Source: Acidobacteriota bacterium (lineage in GTDB: Bacteria; Acidobacteriota; UBA890; WLXD01). From it: a stretch of 64,000 nt of DNA. This document shows positions 1-11,789 of the stretch, in pieces. Position numbers and translations under genes: made by a program. The notes beneath the pieces are model-generated. The model did not search any database. It saw nothing but the letters and a program-made list of their open reading frames with translations, and had not been told where the DNA came from. The stretch spans positions 608,001 to 672,000 of the forward strand of contig CBDBHB010000007.1 in assembly GCA_965205505.1 (NCBI GenBank), written 5' to 3'. Within the stretch, counting starts at the first letter, position 1; each line of letters opens with the position of its first letter.

Positions 1-113
1 GAGTCCGAAGCACCCGGTAGTTCACGGATCGTAGTCGATGCCGGCTCAGGTTGAAGAGACTTCGGACAGCGCCGTGCATCGATAAGAACCGCTGCGCCGG
101 AGCAGCCGACGAA
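1..113 (-). mobile_element. IS6-family transposase C-terminal remnant (runs off window edge)
   Basis: Manual minus-strand translation gives SAAPAQRFLSMHGAVRSLFNLSRHRLRSVNYRVLRT, resembling the IS6/IS240 C-terminus (AQRFLS.H...NLF...RH.....YR.LR). No N-terminal part is present. Confidence 0.6.
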
Positions 114-208
114 GTTCTCTCCTCTGCCCTTTTAGCGACTCATCCAGGAATCAGGTGCCCGGACCTCCGAGTCGACCCTGCCGATTTCCTGCCTATCCGA
201 TCGTTGTA

Positions 209-343
209 CGACCTTGCCCCGCTTTCCCGGACACTTAGTTAAGACCCATTGTCGTAGTCGTAGTAGCGGCTGTGGGAGCTGTTGGCAACGCGGAGCGTTG
301 TCCAAGCGACGGTGGGAATCGGGAATCGATTTCCACGGGCGCG
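209..343 (-). mobile_element. Solo right end of the IS3 element seen complete at 26596-27968
   Basis: Reverse complement matches 27834-27968 with 5 differences in 135 bp, including terminal CA>CG. Confidence 0.9.
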
Positions 344-416
344 CCTTTGTTATCAAGGACTTACGAGGATTCCGGGGTATCGAATCGTCCCTGAACAACG
401 CTCGTTACACGGTCGG

Positions 417-518
417 CACGACGATGAAGGCCATCTTCAAACGCTTTGGGGCGTCCGTTCTGCTCGGCACCCGTTCACCCTCGATCGTGATGATGTCGTC
501 GACGTTGAGGTCCGGCCG
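417..518 (-). pseudogene. Fragment of the NIDO-like/zincin-like gene family (copy 1)
   Basis: Translates RPDLNVDDIITIEGERVPSRTDAPKRLKMAFIVV, versus RLDLSIDDIIAIEGERVPSSKDAPKRFKMAFIVV in the gene at 24700. Confidence 0.85.
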
Positions 519-794
519 AAGCGACGAGACAGCCACACGGCGTGGCTGATGATCTCGGGAGGGAACCGGTGTCGACGGTCGCTTTGCGGGACGGTGTTCA
601 TCGCCGAACTCTGCCAGCCTGCCGGTTAACTTGACAGTACCCCTGAAAGTAAGACAAAAGACATTTGGGCCGGATTTTCCAGATAGCGTGGCTCAGTCAC
701 GGTCCTCGGGTTGGTCAACGTCTCAGGCCCAGGGGCGCTGTCTCTATGACGATGCGCGTCGCGGCTACTTACCTACCGTCTAGTCCGTCGCAGC

Positions 795-1301
795 CTATCG
801 CAGCTGATACTCGAACTGCTGTATGCAGTGCAGCTGGTCGTCGTTACCGACGGCCCGGCACTGGAAATCCAAGCCACCTTGAATACCGGAATACTTGCCC
901 GTGCCACCGGTCATTTCGACGCTGCCGGTGATCTCGCCCGTCGCAGGACCACCGCCACTCCAACTCCCGTAGATCTTGTCGCCATCAGGATCTGTAACAG
1001 TGCAGTACCCTTTGAAGTCCACCACGCCGTCTGCTATGTCCGATGCGGCTGGACAGTTCCAGACCGTGTTGTGGAGCAACCCATCACCCGCGTTGTTGAA
1101 ACTGTGTCCCCAATAAGTTCCGGACCAGTGCACCCGGTTCGGCCCGACCTCAGTGGCGGTTCCCACCCCTTTGAAGGCGCCGTGGGTCTCTCCGGTTCCG
1201 CTGCTACCGAGTTGCGCCGCCCCCACGTCGCCAGCCGTCATCGCCGTGATGGCGACCGCCGCTACGAGTCCCACTGCCCTGCAGATCCGGTGTGTACGCA
1301 T
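795..1301 (-). CDS. Secreted hypothetical beta-rich protein
   Basis: ATG at 1301 after GAAGGAGG; signal peptide MRTHRICRAVGLVAAVAITAMTAGDVGA; Gly-rich beta motif GGTGKYSGIQG; 4 Cys in the mature part. Confidence 0.75.
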   Translation of the reverse strand: MRTHRICRAVGLVAAVAITAMTAGDVGAAQLGSSGTGETHGAFKGVGTATEVGPNRVHWSGTYWGHSFNNAGDGLLHNTVWNCPAASDIADGVVDFKGYCTVTDPDGDKIYGSWSGGGPATGEITGSVEMTGGTGKYSGIQGGLDFQCRAVGNDDQLHCIQQFEYQLR

Positions 1302-1541
1302 CGCAATTCCTCCTTCCTTCAGGGAAAGGTTAGGCGAACCGTCCATGGGCTCAGCCCGCACAAATGAATTGAACCGGGATTGTTCACTGAACGTCCATTG
1401 CTTCCCGACCAACACCTATCGAGATCGAGTAGCCTATGACCACAAGTTACTGTCAACGTACATTCAGCCGCTTCGGCGACCCGCGAAGGACACGCCTGAC
1501 CGTCCGTTCTCAATCGCCCGGAGACGCCGACCCTGTCGATC

Positions 1542-2924
1542 CTATGCATCCGAGACCGTCGCAATCTGGGACGGCTGGCTTTCGGTGCCGTCCGGTAGCA
1601 CGGCCGTAACGGCGTATTCGTAGTCACCCTCCAGGACAGTGAGCTCGGCGAAGGAAGTACGCTCGATCGGTTGCACCGTCGCCCTCAGGAACGGCCCGCC
1701 AGGGCGAGCCCTATAGACGTAGTAGCTCTCGGCCCTTGGGTGCGGGCTCCATCGCAACTCGGCAGAAGGTCTTTCGGACCGCCTCCCGAACCGTCTCACC
1801 CGGCGGATTTCGAGCCCTGAGGGTGGGCTGGCGATCTTTCCCGTAAAACGAAAGATCCAGAGACCGGTCTTGTCGTCGGTGACGTAGATGCGCCGCCTGC
1901 CGGAAAACGGATAGACCCCAAAGGCATTGCCCGTGTCGGCGAAGGCAACCTCGACCGGCAATCGTGGATTGGAGACATCGACGATCTTGAACCCGGCCGT
2001 GTAGTAGGCAATATAGGCCAACGACCCGACGATGTGAACGTTGTGGATGATCGCCGGCTCCTCGGCCTCGTATCGGCCCACTTGCGAGATCCTCTCGGCG
2101 CCAGGGTTGTCCAGTTTCTAGACCCGCAGGTGGCCACCCGACGTTTCGTCGGTCGTGAAGAGGAAACCGCCGTCGCTGCTGGGCCAAGAGTTATGGGTGA
2201 CCGCGCCGCGGTATCTCCTCTTGAGCAGCAGCCTCGGCGATGCCGGTTCTGTTACATCGTGAACCGTGAACCCACCCTCGAAAAAGGAGCTGTAGAGTCT
2301 TCCATTCTCAACGATCGCGTCGTGAATAAATCCCCTGGAGCTGGACACCGAGGCGAGGTGTCGCGGCTCGCTGGGATCGGTAACGTCAAAGATCTCCACA
2401 TTGCCGGTGGTGTAGGAAGAGAGATACAGAACGCCATTGTCGAGGTAGGCGTTGTGTACGCTCAAGGAACTCTCGTGGGTGATGCGGGACAGCTCCGATG
2501 GGCGGGAACGATCGGTAAGGTCGTACAAGATCGCTCCGGCGCCGACGAACCCCGCTTGGTTCGTGACCACCGCGAGGGAGCCGTCCACCTTCACGTCATT
2601 CACGGCCAGCAGCCCTAACTTGGCAATCTCCTTCGGGTTGCGGGGTCTTCGGGTGTCGACGACTCCCCAGCCGTAACTGCCCTTTGCGACAATGGCGAAC
2701 CGCCGTGTCCCCCAGACATCGGCGCGATTGAACTTCCTCGATATCCGCAGATTGCCGAGCACCTTGATGTTCTTGCTCGTTCGGATCGAACTTCTCAGGG
2801 AAGCGTTGGCCACCCTGCGCTCGAACCGGCTCTCATCCGGGGCGACGTCGATAACCGCCGCCCGTTCGGTGCCGCCGACCAGCGAAAGGAGCACCACAGC
2901 CCGGCTCAGGCGGCGTAGGAGCAC
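1542..2924 (-). pseudogene. Secreted LVIVD-repeat protein with C-terminal Fn3-like domain, interrupted by in-frame TAG at 2118-2120
   Basis: ORFs 2118-2924 and 1542-2081 are in the same frame (HLRV*KLDNPGAERISQVGRY). Repeats IFDVTDPSEP, VHDVTEPASP, IVDVSNPRLP; Fn3-like Y.VYRA...YEYAVTAV. Confidence 0.8.
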
Positions 2925-2937
2925 CTTTCCGGGCTCC

Positions 2938-4260
2938 TCAGTTCGTATCGAGCTCGGCGATCGTGATGTCCGCCGAATCGATCAGCGCCTGACCCAGTTC
3001 CGGTGAGAGCACACCGGGGCGGACAAAGCTGGGCACCTTCCTGGCGAACTTCTCCAACTGCTTCTTGGCGCGCGAGACCTTGCCCTTGTCCAACAGTCTC
3101 TTCGCTCGCTTCAGCCTCGCGAGCAGTCCTTTTTTTGCGGGCGCAGACAACGTGCCTTCGCTGACGAGATTGCTCACGCGGACCTCTAGAAAGACGATCC
3201 TCTGCTCTGGAGTGAGCCCAAACGTGTAGGCCGTCCCCGGTTTTCCGATGTTCTCTTCCTTGGCTCCGATCAGGATGGTGCTTTCGTGCAAGGCGATAGA
3301 CCAGCCGAACTGGCTGAAACCCGATGTGTCAGCGGACGTGATCTTGCCGGTTTCAGACCAGACTCCCTCAATGGGCTCGAATAGGTACGCGGAGCCGGAC
3401 GAGCGTCCCCAGTCATCGTCTTGCGGCTCTCCGACCAGAATGGTTTCCCCCTCGATCGCAACTGTACTGTTACCCGTGAAGCCTCTTACATCGACACTGT
3501 CACTGGCGGTCAGCTTGGCCACCAGCGCCCAGTCGTCGGCCGAGGCCACCCCGCCTTCCCTACCTGACGCTCGGCGCTCGAAGACATAGGCGCCGAGCCC
3601 GCTGAGGACAGCAGTATCGCCGCGGACAGATACCTCCCCACCGAACCCGTCTCCCTCATCGGCATCGAGCTTGGCCTCCTGCACCCAATTGTTCCCGCGC
3701 CGTCGAAAGACGTAGGCCGCCCCGCGAAAATTGTCCTTATCGGGTGCCACTCCGATCACGACGTTGCCGTCGATGGCCACTCCATATCCGAATTGATCAC
3801 CTGTTGCCGCATCTCCCGGGCGAAGCTTCGCCAGTTGTCGCCAGCTTGTTCCGCTGCTTTGAAAGATGAATACCGCGCCGGGGCCCGGTTTACGGAACTG
3901 CGTCGCTCCCACCACCACGATGTCGTCCTGGATGGCAAGGGACCAGCCGAAGCGGTCCGAGACTCCAGCATCGTCGGCGATCAGCTTGGCCTCCTCCACC
4001 CAATTCGTCCCCTGCCGCAAGAAGACGTAGGCCGATCCCGAGTCGACACCTGCATGAGAGTCGCTAATTGCGCTGACGACAGCCCTGTCTCCGTCGATCC
4101 CCACCCGCCAACCGAGCCTCTGGCCTGCGGCGTGGTCACTGGGAGTAAGTTTGGCCTGCTCGATCCACTTGTCTCCGTCCCACACGAAGACATAGGCCGA
4201 TCCACCGGCATCGTTTCTCGGTGCTCCAACGATGGCGGTGTCGCCATCGATTGCCACATT
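2938..4260 (-). pseudogene. FG-GAP repeat protein with C-terminal FIMAH-like domain, 5'-truncated or frameshifted
   Basis: Repeats AKL.ASD....D.FG.SVAIDGD..VVGA...GSAYVF. The ORF starts mid-repeat with no signal peptide. C-terminal basic helical domain. Confidence 0.7.
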
Positions 4261-5102
4261 CTCGTCGACACAATCCACGTGTTCTCAGGGATGGTGGTGA
4301 TTCCTGAACACTCCGCCGGGGTTGGATCGTCGATGGGCCCGGTACACCGCGTGATCATGACGTCGTCAGGACCGGTGTTTACACAGCTCTTGCAAGAGGA
4401 GCGTGACCAGATCTTGACCCGAAAGTTCTTATTCATTTCTGTATCGGCCCAGCGCAGGTAAAAGCCGGACGCTCTCCTCCCGCCAGGCAGGATGCCCGTC
4501 AAACCCCCTCCCAAACCATCGTCCTCCACTGCGAGGTGCGCAATGTCGGTATTGGCGAGCTCTCCGACCGTCACGTTTATCGGCTCAACAAATGGCAGGG
4601 GCTGAGGACTTCCCTCGGCGTCAGAACATCCCTTTGGAGTAACGTCATCGTCCTCAAAAACACGGTCACTGAAGTTGAGTTCCACGTACCGAACTGATCC
4701 TTCAAGCCGAAGCCCGAAGTTGCCCCCTGAGCCGAAAAGGAACGCTTCAACTCCAATATCCCCACCAGCACGCTCGTCTACATACACTCCATCGCCCCGA
4801 ATGGCTCCGACGCCACGGAACTCGAACCTCATCAGCGGTAGGGTGTTGCCGCCCCCACAATCTGGGTCAGCGCCGTCGACCAACTCGTCGCCGTCGTTGT
4901 CAATCCCGTCATTGCACTTCTTGTTGCCCTTCTCTTGCTCTGAGTACGCCTCGCTGGCGTAGGCCTCGGTGCTCTTAGCTGCGATCCCGCCCGCCAGCAG
5001 TACGGTGGCCACCACCAGTCCCACGAGAAGCGGCAACAGCGTGGCACGCGCAGAGCCACTCAGCCTCATGGTGGGTCGTCTCCAGTCAGTTAAACGTTTC
5101 AT
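4261..5102 (-). pseudogene. Secreted protein with CxDGIDNDGDxxVDxxDPDC Ca-binding motif; 3' end runs out of frame into the FG-GAP gene
   Basis: ATG at 5102 after AAGAGGAAG; hydrophobic signal; motif CNDGIDNDGDELVDGADPDC; sequence after ~4260 is the off-frame read of the FG-GAP repeats. Confidence 0.6.
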
Positions 5103-5548
5103 GACACACTTCCTCTTGGGCTGGAATCTCTGACAGCCTTGTGCCGCCATTGATCCTAGGGAGTTGTCTGGAGACGGTTACCCATTGGCCTTTAGTTACA
5201 TGGACACCGTTGCCACAAGGCCTTGTCCGATGGCGCTGCTTCATCTTTGTCCTGCTGGCGTCCCTCGAAAGCCTGCTGGTTGAGGCTTCGCTGCACGTAA
5301 GCCCGAAGTTGTTTCAGGGAATCGGCGAGACCTGGCTCAGGACACTCAGTCATCGTCGGCAGGCTAGCTTCAGGCGGCGGCCGTTGCGCTAGTTTTTCTC
5401 TAAGAAAAGGCGAGGTTTTGGCGAGGGAGATACGAACCGCGAGCCGTCGGCGCCGTCGATTTTGCCAAGTTGATACGCTGGGATCGCGGGCCTGCGAGCA
5501 GCGTTGCGAACAGCGCAACCACCCTGCCTCCACCGTGCCACGTTCAAA

Positions 5549-7930
5549 ATGAGCGAAGGATCCAGAGGCTCGGCGCGGACAGTTGCGGCGTCTCGGTCAT
5601 TCCGGTTCGGGCCCTACCGCTTCGATCTCGGCGAGCGCCTGCTATGCGAGAACGGCCGCGAGGTGGAGTTGCCGCCGCGGGTGCTGAACGTGCTGGAGCA
5701 CCTGCTGCGACACTCAGGACAGATCGTCTCCAAGGACGACCTACTGGACTTATGGGGGGATACTGCGGTCTCGGAGAAATCGTTGACCGAGACGATCGGG
5801 TTGATCCGCAAGGAGCTCGGGGATTCCGCCGGGCGGCCGAAGTACATCCAGACGCTGAGGAAACGAGGCTACCGCTTCATCGCGCCAGTCGCAGTCGAGA
5901 GTCCCGGTGCGGCAGCGAGGCGTTCCCCTGGAGCAACGGCGGGCCGGGGACCAGCTGTCGCGATCGGCGGCCACAGCGAGGCTGGCGTTGCGGCTGCCTC
6001 TCGTTTTCCCACCGCTGCGGTCGCGGGACATGGCTTCCGGCTCATCGACCCATCCCGTCGATGGCAGCTAGCGGGCCTGGTGGTGATCGCCCTCAGCGCC
6101 GCTTTCTGGTTCCTGCTTGGCGCCGATTCGCGCAGGAATCAGGACCTGATCCAGGGATTCGCGCAGCAGCGAGATGCCGTGGCGGACATGGGCTCCCGCC
6201 TGGCACACCTGGAAAACGAGGCGGCCCTAGGAACGGCTCTGCTGACGCGAAAGGTTTGGGCCGAAGGCAACACCGATAACTACTTCAGCGCTCCGTCCCC
6301 CGATGGCAGATACCTGTCCTTCGTCGACTGGGACACGGGCGATCTGGCGCTCTACGAGATCTCGACTGGAAGCACGCGTCGCGTAACCCACAACACGCGC
6401 GTGTACGGCCCGGGAATTGCGATGTGGTCGATCTTCTCCCCGGACGGGACGCAGATCGCCTATTGGTGGACTGACAACAAGGGACCCGTGGAGCAGCTTC
6501 GAATCGTCGACGTGGCCGGTTCGTCGCCGCGAATTCTCCGCGGTTCGAAGGAGACGGGGATCCGCCCTGTAGATTGGTCGAGGGATGGCAAGGAGATCCT
6601 CGCGCTGTTCACACAGGACGCTGGCACTCAGCAGATCGTCTTCGTTTCCGTCGTGGACGGCTCCGTGCGGGATGTTGCGTCGCTTCCCGACGGCAAACCA
6701 CCCGAGCGCGTGAGTCTTTCGCCCGACGGGCGGTTCATCGCGTATGACTTGCCATCGAGCCCCGGTGTGCAGCAGCGTGACATCTTCCTCATCTCCTCGA
6801 CGGGTGGCGGGACGGTTGCGCTGGTCGAACACCCTGCCGACGACCTGTCGCCACTTTGGACACCGGACGGTACCGGGGTGCTGTTTCTGAGCGATCGCAC
6901 AGGGACAACGGGCGTCTGGTTCCTTCCCGTGCTCGACGGATTGCCTCAAGGTCGACCCCGGCTGCTCAAATCGGGTCTGGCCGATGCCTCGTCCCTGGGC
7001 ATGAGCCGGGACGGCTCCTACTTCTTCGGCACCTCCTACCGCCGGGACATCTACGTTGCCTCCGTGGATCTGGCGTCCGGCCGCGTGCTCGATGAACCTC
7101 GGATGGTCTCCTTGAGCCCAGAGGGCCAGAACATGGAGCCCGCCTGGTCACCCGATGGTGATTACCTGGCCTTCCGGTCTGGGAGCGGCTTGTTGCCCAT
7201 CCTCCACGTCGAAACCGGCTCGATCACCAACCTGAGACCGGAGCTTCTCTACAACGGGCAACCTCGATGGGCAGCGGACGGCCGATCGATCTATGTGGTC
7301 GGTGCTGACCCGTCTGGTCGCGCCGGCTACTACGAAGTCGACGCTCGGAGCGCGCAGGTGACCCCGCTGCTACAAACTCCACCCTGGAAGAACTGGCACA
7401 GGGGGCATCTCAAGGGAGTGTCACCCGACGAAAGGGAGCTCTTCTACGTTGAATGGAGTGACCTCCCCCGTTTGCTCGTTCGGGACCTCGACACCGGGGC
7501 GGAGAGAGAGCCCCTGAGCGGTTCTGGCCGCTGGGAGGCGGGAGACGTCGATTTCAATAACATGCAGCTCTCCCCGGATGGGCGCCGCCTGGCGTTCATC
7601 CACTACGGGGATAACGGTGAGCCGGTGCTGAGGGTCATGCGAGCATTCGGGGGGCGTCCACGGGAACTGCTCAGGTGGTCTTCGGAATCCAAGGACCGTG
7701 TTGTCCTGTGGGACTGGGCCCCGGACGGAATCCTCTTCACCCGCGGACAGCGTGCTGATCGGGGGACCTTGTGGATCATCTCGCCAGCGGGTGGCGCGGC
7801 GTGGCCCATTGAGCTGGAGGTCGAGGGCGTCCCGGATTACCGGCTCTCTCCGGATGGAAGCCGCATCGCCTTCAGGCGAGAATCTGGGGGTCCTGCGGTC
7901 TGGGTGCTGGAGAACTTCCTACCGTCGTAG
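5549..7930 (+). CDS. CadC/ToxR-like winged-helix transmembrane regulator with TolB-like (PD40) beta-propeller
   Basis: FRFGPYRFD...KDDLLDLW...YIQTLRKRGYRFIAPV (Trans_reg_C), one TM helix, then many SPDGR/WSPDG repeats. Confidence 0.88.
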   Translation: MSEGSRGSARTVAASRSFRFGPYRFDLGERLLCENGREVELPPRVLNVLEHLLRHSGQIVSKDDLLDLWGDTAVSEKSLTETIGLIRKELGDSAGRPKYIQTLRKRGYRFIAPVAVESPGAAARRSPGATAGRGPAVAIGGHSEAGVAAASRFPTAAVAGHGFRLIDPSRRWQLAGLVVIALSAAFWFLLGADSRRNQDLIQGFAQQRDAVADMGSRLAHLENEAALGTALLTRKVWAEGNTDNYFSAPSPDGRYLSFVDWDTGDLALYEISTGSTRRVTHNTRVYGPGIAMWSIFSPDGTQIAYWWTDNKGPVEQLRIVDVAGSSPRILRGSKETGIRPVDWSRDGKEILALFTQDAGTQQIVFVSVVDGSVRDVASLPDGKPPERVSLSPDGRFIAYDLPSSPGVQQRDIFLISSTGGGTVALVEHPADDLSPLWTPDGTGVLFLSDRTGTTGVWFLPVLDGLPQGRPRLLKSGLADASSLGMSRDGSYFFGTSYRRDIYVASVDLASGRVLDEPRMVSLSPEGQNMEPAWSPDGDYLAFRSGSGLLPILHVETGSITNLRPELLYNGQPRWAADGRSIYVVGADPSGRAGYYEVDARSAQVTPLLQTPPWKNWHRGHLKGVSPDERELFYVEWSDLPRLLVRDLDTGAEREPLSGSGRWEAGDVDFNNMQLSPDGRRLAFIHYGDNGEPVLRVMRAFGGRPRELLRWSSESKDRVVLWDWAPDGILFTRGQRADRGTLWIISPAGGAAWPIELEVEGVPDYRLSPDGSRIAFRRESGGPAVWVLENFLPS

Positions 7931-8003
7931 TGACCGCGACACCCACCCTGCCGACAACCCGGGGATCCAGCGCCGCGGGCGGCTGAGATCGCGGGAGGTG
8001 CGC

Positions 8004-9862
8004 TCAGAAGACGACCCTGACCCCGAGCTGAGCTTGTCGCGGCGCGATCAGCCATCGAGGCTTACCAAACGCGGACTCACCGGAATAGAAGAACGTGCTG
8101 CCCACGACGTGTTGTACGCGGCCATCCGCGGAGGCGCTGTTGAACACGTTGAACACGTCGAGGATGAGCTCGAGTCTGGCAGCCTGCTGACCTTTCAGGT
8201 CGAACGACTTCTGCAATCGCAGGTCGAACTGATTCAGGGAGGGTGCGTTACGGTTCCCCCTGGGCTCGAGGGTGAGGGGCACGAACTCGTTGAGCGGCTG
8301 CGGCAGCGTGTTTTGGCGTGCCAGTGGCGACCACGGCCGCCCTGTCATCCAGCGGAAATACCCGCCAGCGAGGATGCCGCCGGACAACCGGTAGTTCGCC
8401 AGCGCCTTGAACTGCCAGTCGCGGCTGAAGGTCAGGCGCCCGACACTGTAGGGATGGCCGTTGAAGTTCGGCGAGGTGTCACCGAGTCCACGGACACCCC
8501 AAGCGGTACCAACGTGGTTCTCGATGTTGCCGGTAGAGCGTTGGTAGGTGATCGAGGTGCTGAGGTTGAAGCCGCGGCTCGGTCTTTTCTCGAACGACAG
8601 GATCGCCATGTTGTGGCGCCGGAAGTAATAGTCGGAGTTGGTGACCCAGGGATCGTTGGGATGGCTGTCGGTGCGGGTATAGAGCGTCTGCGTACCGCCG
8701 AGCGGGTCGGTGTACTGGACCGGCTCGTAGGTGTGGCGCTGGCGGTCTTGCCCGAAGACGAAGTTCCTGTCGCGTTTATGGACGAAGTCGATCCCGAGCA
8801 CGTAGCCTCTGGCCACCTCCGCCTCGAACCCAACGTTGAGAACATCGGTGTGCGGACCCGCCAGATCTGCGTCGATCGGTAGGTTCGCGTGAGGGAACGA
8901 AAACTGTAGGTTGGCCGGATCGAACACCATCGCCGCGATCTGCTGAGTGCCGACGCTATCGACATCAATCTCGCCAGGAACAATCGTGACGTAAGTTTCA
9001 TGTGGTTCCGCTCCAACGCCACCGTTCCTCACCGGCCCCCAGCTCAGGGGCTTCTCGTGGTATCGACCCCAGCTGGCATGAGCAACGTACCTTCCCACAC
9101 CGGTCAGGTCGGCAGACACGCCGATCCTCGGGGCGACGAACCCATAGCTAGTGAGCTGCTTCGGGTTACCCCCAGGTCCGTCATAGGCATCGCTGATCCG
9201 CGGGTTGTCGTAGCGCAGCCCGAGGTTGAAGGTGAGGTGGTCGGAGACCGCCACGTCATCTTGCAAGTAGGCAGCGGATCGCTCGACATCGGCTTCGATA
9301 TGCGCCGCGTTCGTATAGCCGTACAGGTAGGTGTAGCCGTAGTAAGGAAACAGGAAGACCGCACCACCGCCGGTGTAGTTGTACTGGTACACAGTCCAAG
9401 AGTCCTCGTATTCGATCCCGAGCTTCCAGTCGTGCGATGCGCCGAGAAAATCGTCCGTGTAGTGGGTGACGGACGCATCGATCTCGTGGCGGCCGTTGCG
9501 CTCGTTGTCGTACCGGATCGAGGAGCCGTATTGGATGCCGGTGTTGTAGTCATAGACTCCTGGGACATCGCAGCAGGTGTTGGGGACGTTGTCGTACGCT
9601 CCCCGGTAGCCTGAATACCGCACGTCCAAGTACGTGTCGCTACCGAGCTGCGATTGCCAACTCCCCAGCCAGGCGACGGTGCCGAAATCGATGCTGAAGC
9701 CAACGTCCGGCGCCCAGCCAGACCGCAGACCGAGGTTCCGGTCGTGCGACGGGTTGCTGTTGAGCATGAATCCCAGCGTGTTGTCGTCGTTGAGCAGGTA
9801 GTCGAGCCTGCCGTGGTAGCGATAGTGGTTGGTCTGCTCGAATGTCTCCGACAGGTACCGCT
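8004..9862 (-). pseudogene. TonB-dependent receptor, 5'-truncated (barrel portion only)
   Basis: AYLQDDVAVSDHLTFNLGLRYD, APRIGVSADLTG, C-terminal PRQAQLGVRVVF. No plug domain or signal peptide. The ORF N-terminus is the antisense of the neighbouring permease. Confidence 0.82.
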
Positions 9863-9863
9863 T

Positions 9864-11492
9864 GTGGTCGGCAGTGTCTGCCGTGAGTTGGTAATGCTTC
9901 TGGCATCGGTGGGAGGGTTGCTTCTCGTGGCTTGCGTCAACGTGGCCAACCTTCTGCTCGCCCGTAGCGCCTCCCGTCGTCGGGAGCTTGGGATACGCGC
10001 CGCGTTGGGCGCAAAGCGTGGACGTTTGGTGCGACAATTACTCACTGAGAGCGCCTTGCTCGCCATCCTCGGCGGCGTTCTCGGTGTCGGGTTGGCTACG
10101 GGCGGCCTCGCGTTGCTCCAATGGCTGGGCACCGCGAGTCTCCCGCGCATAGGCGAGATCGCCATCGACGGTCGAGTGCTGGCGTTCTCCCTGGCGACCA
10201 CGGCGGCAACGTGCCTCGTGTTCGGTCTGGTGCCGGCTTGGCGCACATCGCGGATCGACCTGGCCGAAACGATGAAATCCGGGGGACGGGGCACGGTGGG
10301 AGGCGGCGCACTGTGGTCGCGGTTCAACCTCTCGAGCGCGCTCGTGGTCGTCGAGATCGGCTTATCGCTGGTCTTGCTGGTCGGCGGAGGGCTGCTGGCG
10401 CGCAGCTTCATCGCCTTGCAGCGGGTGGATCCGGGTTTTGAAGCCGATAGTCAGCTCACGTTCCGGCTGCGTCTGAGCGGTACCGAATATGCCGACCGCG
10501 CCACTCGGATCGCCTTCAACGAGCAACTCGAGGAGCGTCTCGAGGCCATACCGGGTATCGATGCCGTCGGCACAACCTCGATACTTCCGTTCGCTCAAGG
10601 CGTGTTGTGGTTGCCCATAGGCACCGAGAGCTACGTGCCACCGCAGGGCGAAGACCACCAGATCATCAGCGAGTTGCGCTTCGTCACACCAACGTACTTC
10701 GAGGCGATGGGGATTCCGCTGATTCGTGGCCGTGGATTTGACGAGAGAGACCGCCTGGACGCGGCTCCAGTGGCAATGATCGACAAGAGCTTCGCCGAAA
10801 CCTACTTTCCCCAGCGAAATCCAATCGGGACGCAACTCCGGTGGGGGGGCGGCAAGGTGGCAATCATCGGCGTCGTAGGAACGGTCAAGCATGAATCCCT
10901 GGACAGCGATTCCCGTGTTACGACCTACATCCCGAACGGCCAGTTGGGTGTTCATAGGCTGTATCTGGCTATCAGAGCAGCGGGTGATCCCGCTGCACTC
11001 GTAGCGCCGGTAACCCGTGCCGTTCACGAGTTGGATGACAATCTGGTCTTGGTCGACGTCCTACCCATGAGGTCACGCCTCGCGGACTCCCTTGCTGAGC
11101 GGCGTTTTTCGATGACACTGCTGCAAGTACTCGGCGCCATGGCACTCGTGCTCGCCAGCGTCGGCGTCTACGGGCTGGTGGCGTACCGAGTAAACGAAGG
11201 TGCCCACGAGCTCGGCCTACGCATGGCTCTCGGCGCCCCGACCCGCACGATCCTGAAGCTGGTACTGCGACACGGTCTGACTTTGGCCTCCGCCGGCGTT
11301 GCAAGCGGGCTGGCCGCTGCGCTTGCGGTCACCGGGCTCATGCGGTCGATGCTCTTCGGCGTCAGCACCGTCGATCCCTGGACGTTTGCGACCGTTTCGG
11401 CTGGCCTCGTAATGACCGCGTTGATCGCCTGTTACATCCCCGCGCGGCGCGCGACAAGGTTGGATCCGTTAGACGCTCTCAAGACTGAATAG
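9864..11492 (+). pseudogene. ADOP-type (MacB/FtsX duplicated) ABC permease, 5'-truncated
   Basis: Begins at VVGSVCRELVMLLASVGGLLLVACVNVANLLLAR; ends PARRATRLDPLDALKTE. About 260 N-terminal residues are missing relative to the paralog at 51597-54002. Confidence 0.85.
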
Positions 11493-11572
11493 AGTCCTGC
11501 GGGGCGGCCCCTTCTGTCGAGTGCGGTCGTGCCGATCCGTAGCGGCGGCAACCGAGTCCCGGGTAGCGTTGA

Positions 11573-11590
11573 TGGACACTTATTGGACAC
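11573..11590. repeat. TGGACAC direct repeat with 11-bp period (integrase arm-site-like)
   Basis: TGGACAC-TTAT-TGGACAC between convergent genes. The function is inferred. Confidence 0.35.
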
Positions 11591-11662
11591 CACACCTTTC
11601 TAGGGGTGGGCAGGCGCACATGTAGCATTGCGGCGGGTAGCTTCTAGCGGGGCTCGCCAGCG

Positions 11663-11760
11663 TCATCGGTAGACAACTTCGTCGAGGAACAGAAGCGAGC
11701 CATCGGACGCAAGTAGCACCTTCCTGTTCCTCGTGAGCAGTCCGTCGAAGACGGCTGGCG
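11663..11760 (-). pseudogene. Possible decayed sigma-54 activator AAA fragment
   Basis: LASDGSLLFLDEV resembles A.GGTLFLDEI (Walker B region). Confidence 0.35.
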
Positions 11761-11789
11761 TAGGCGTCGTTGAATACAACCTATGCCGC

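Noticed and set aside
631-660. TTGACA promoter
   Set aside because: No -10 box at a suitable spacing and no downstream gene on that strand.
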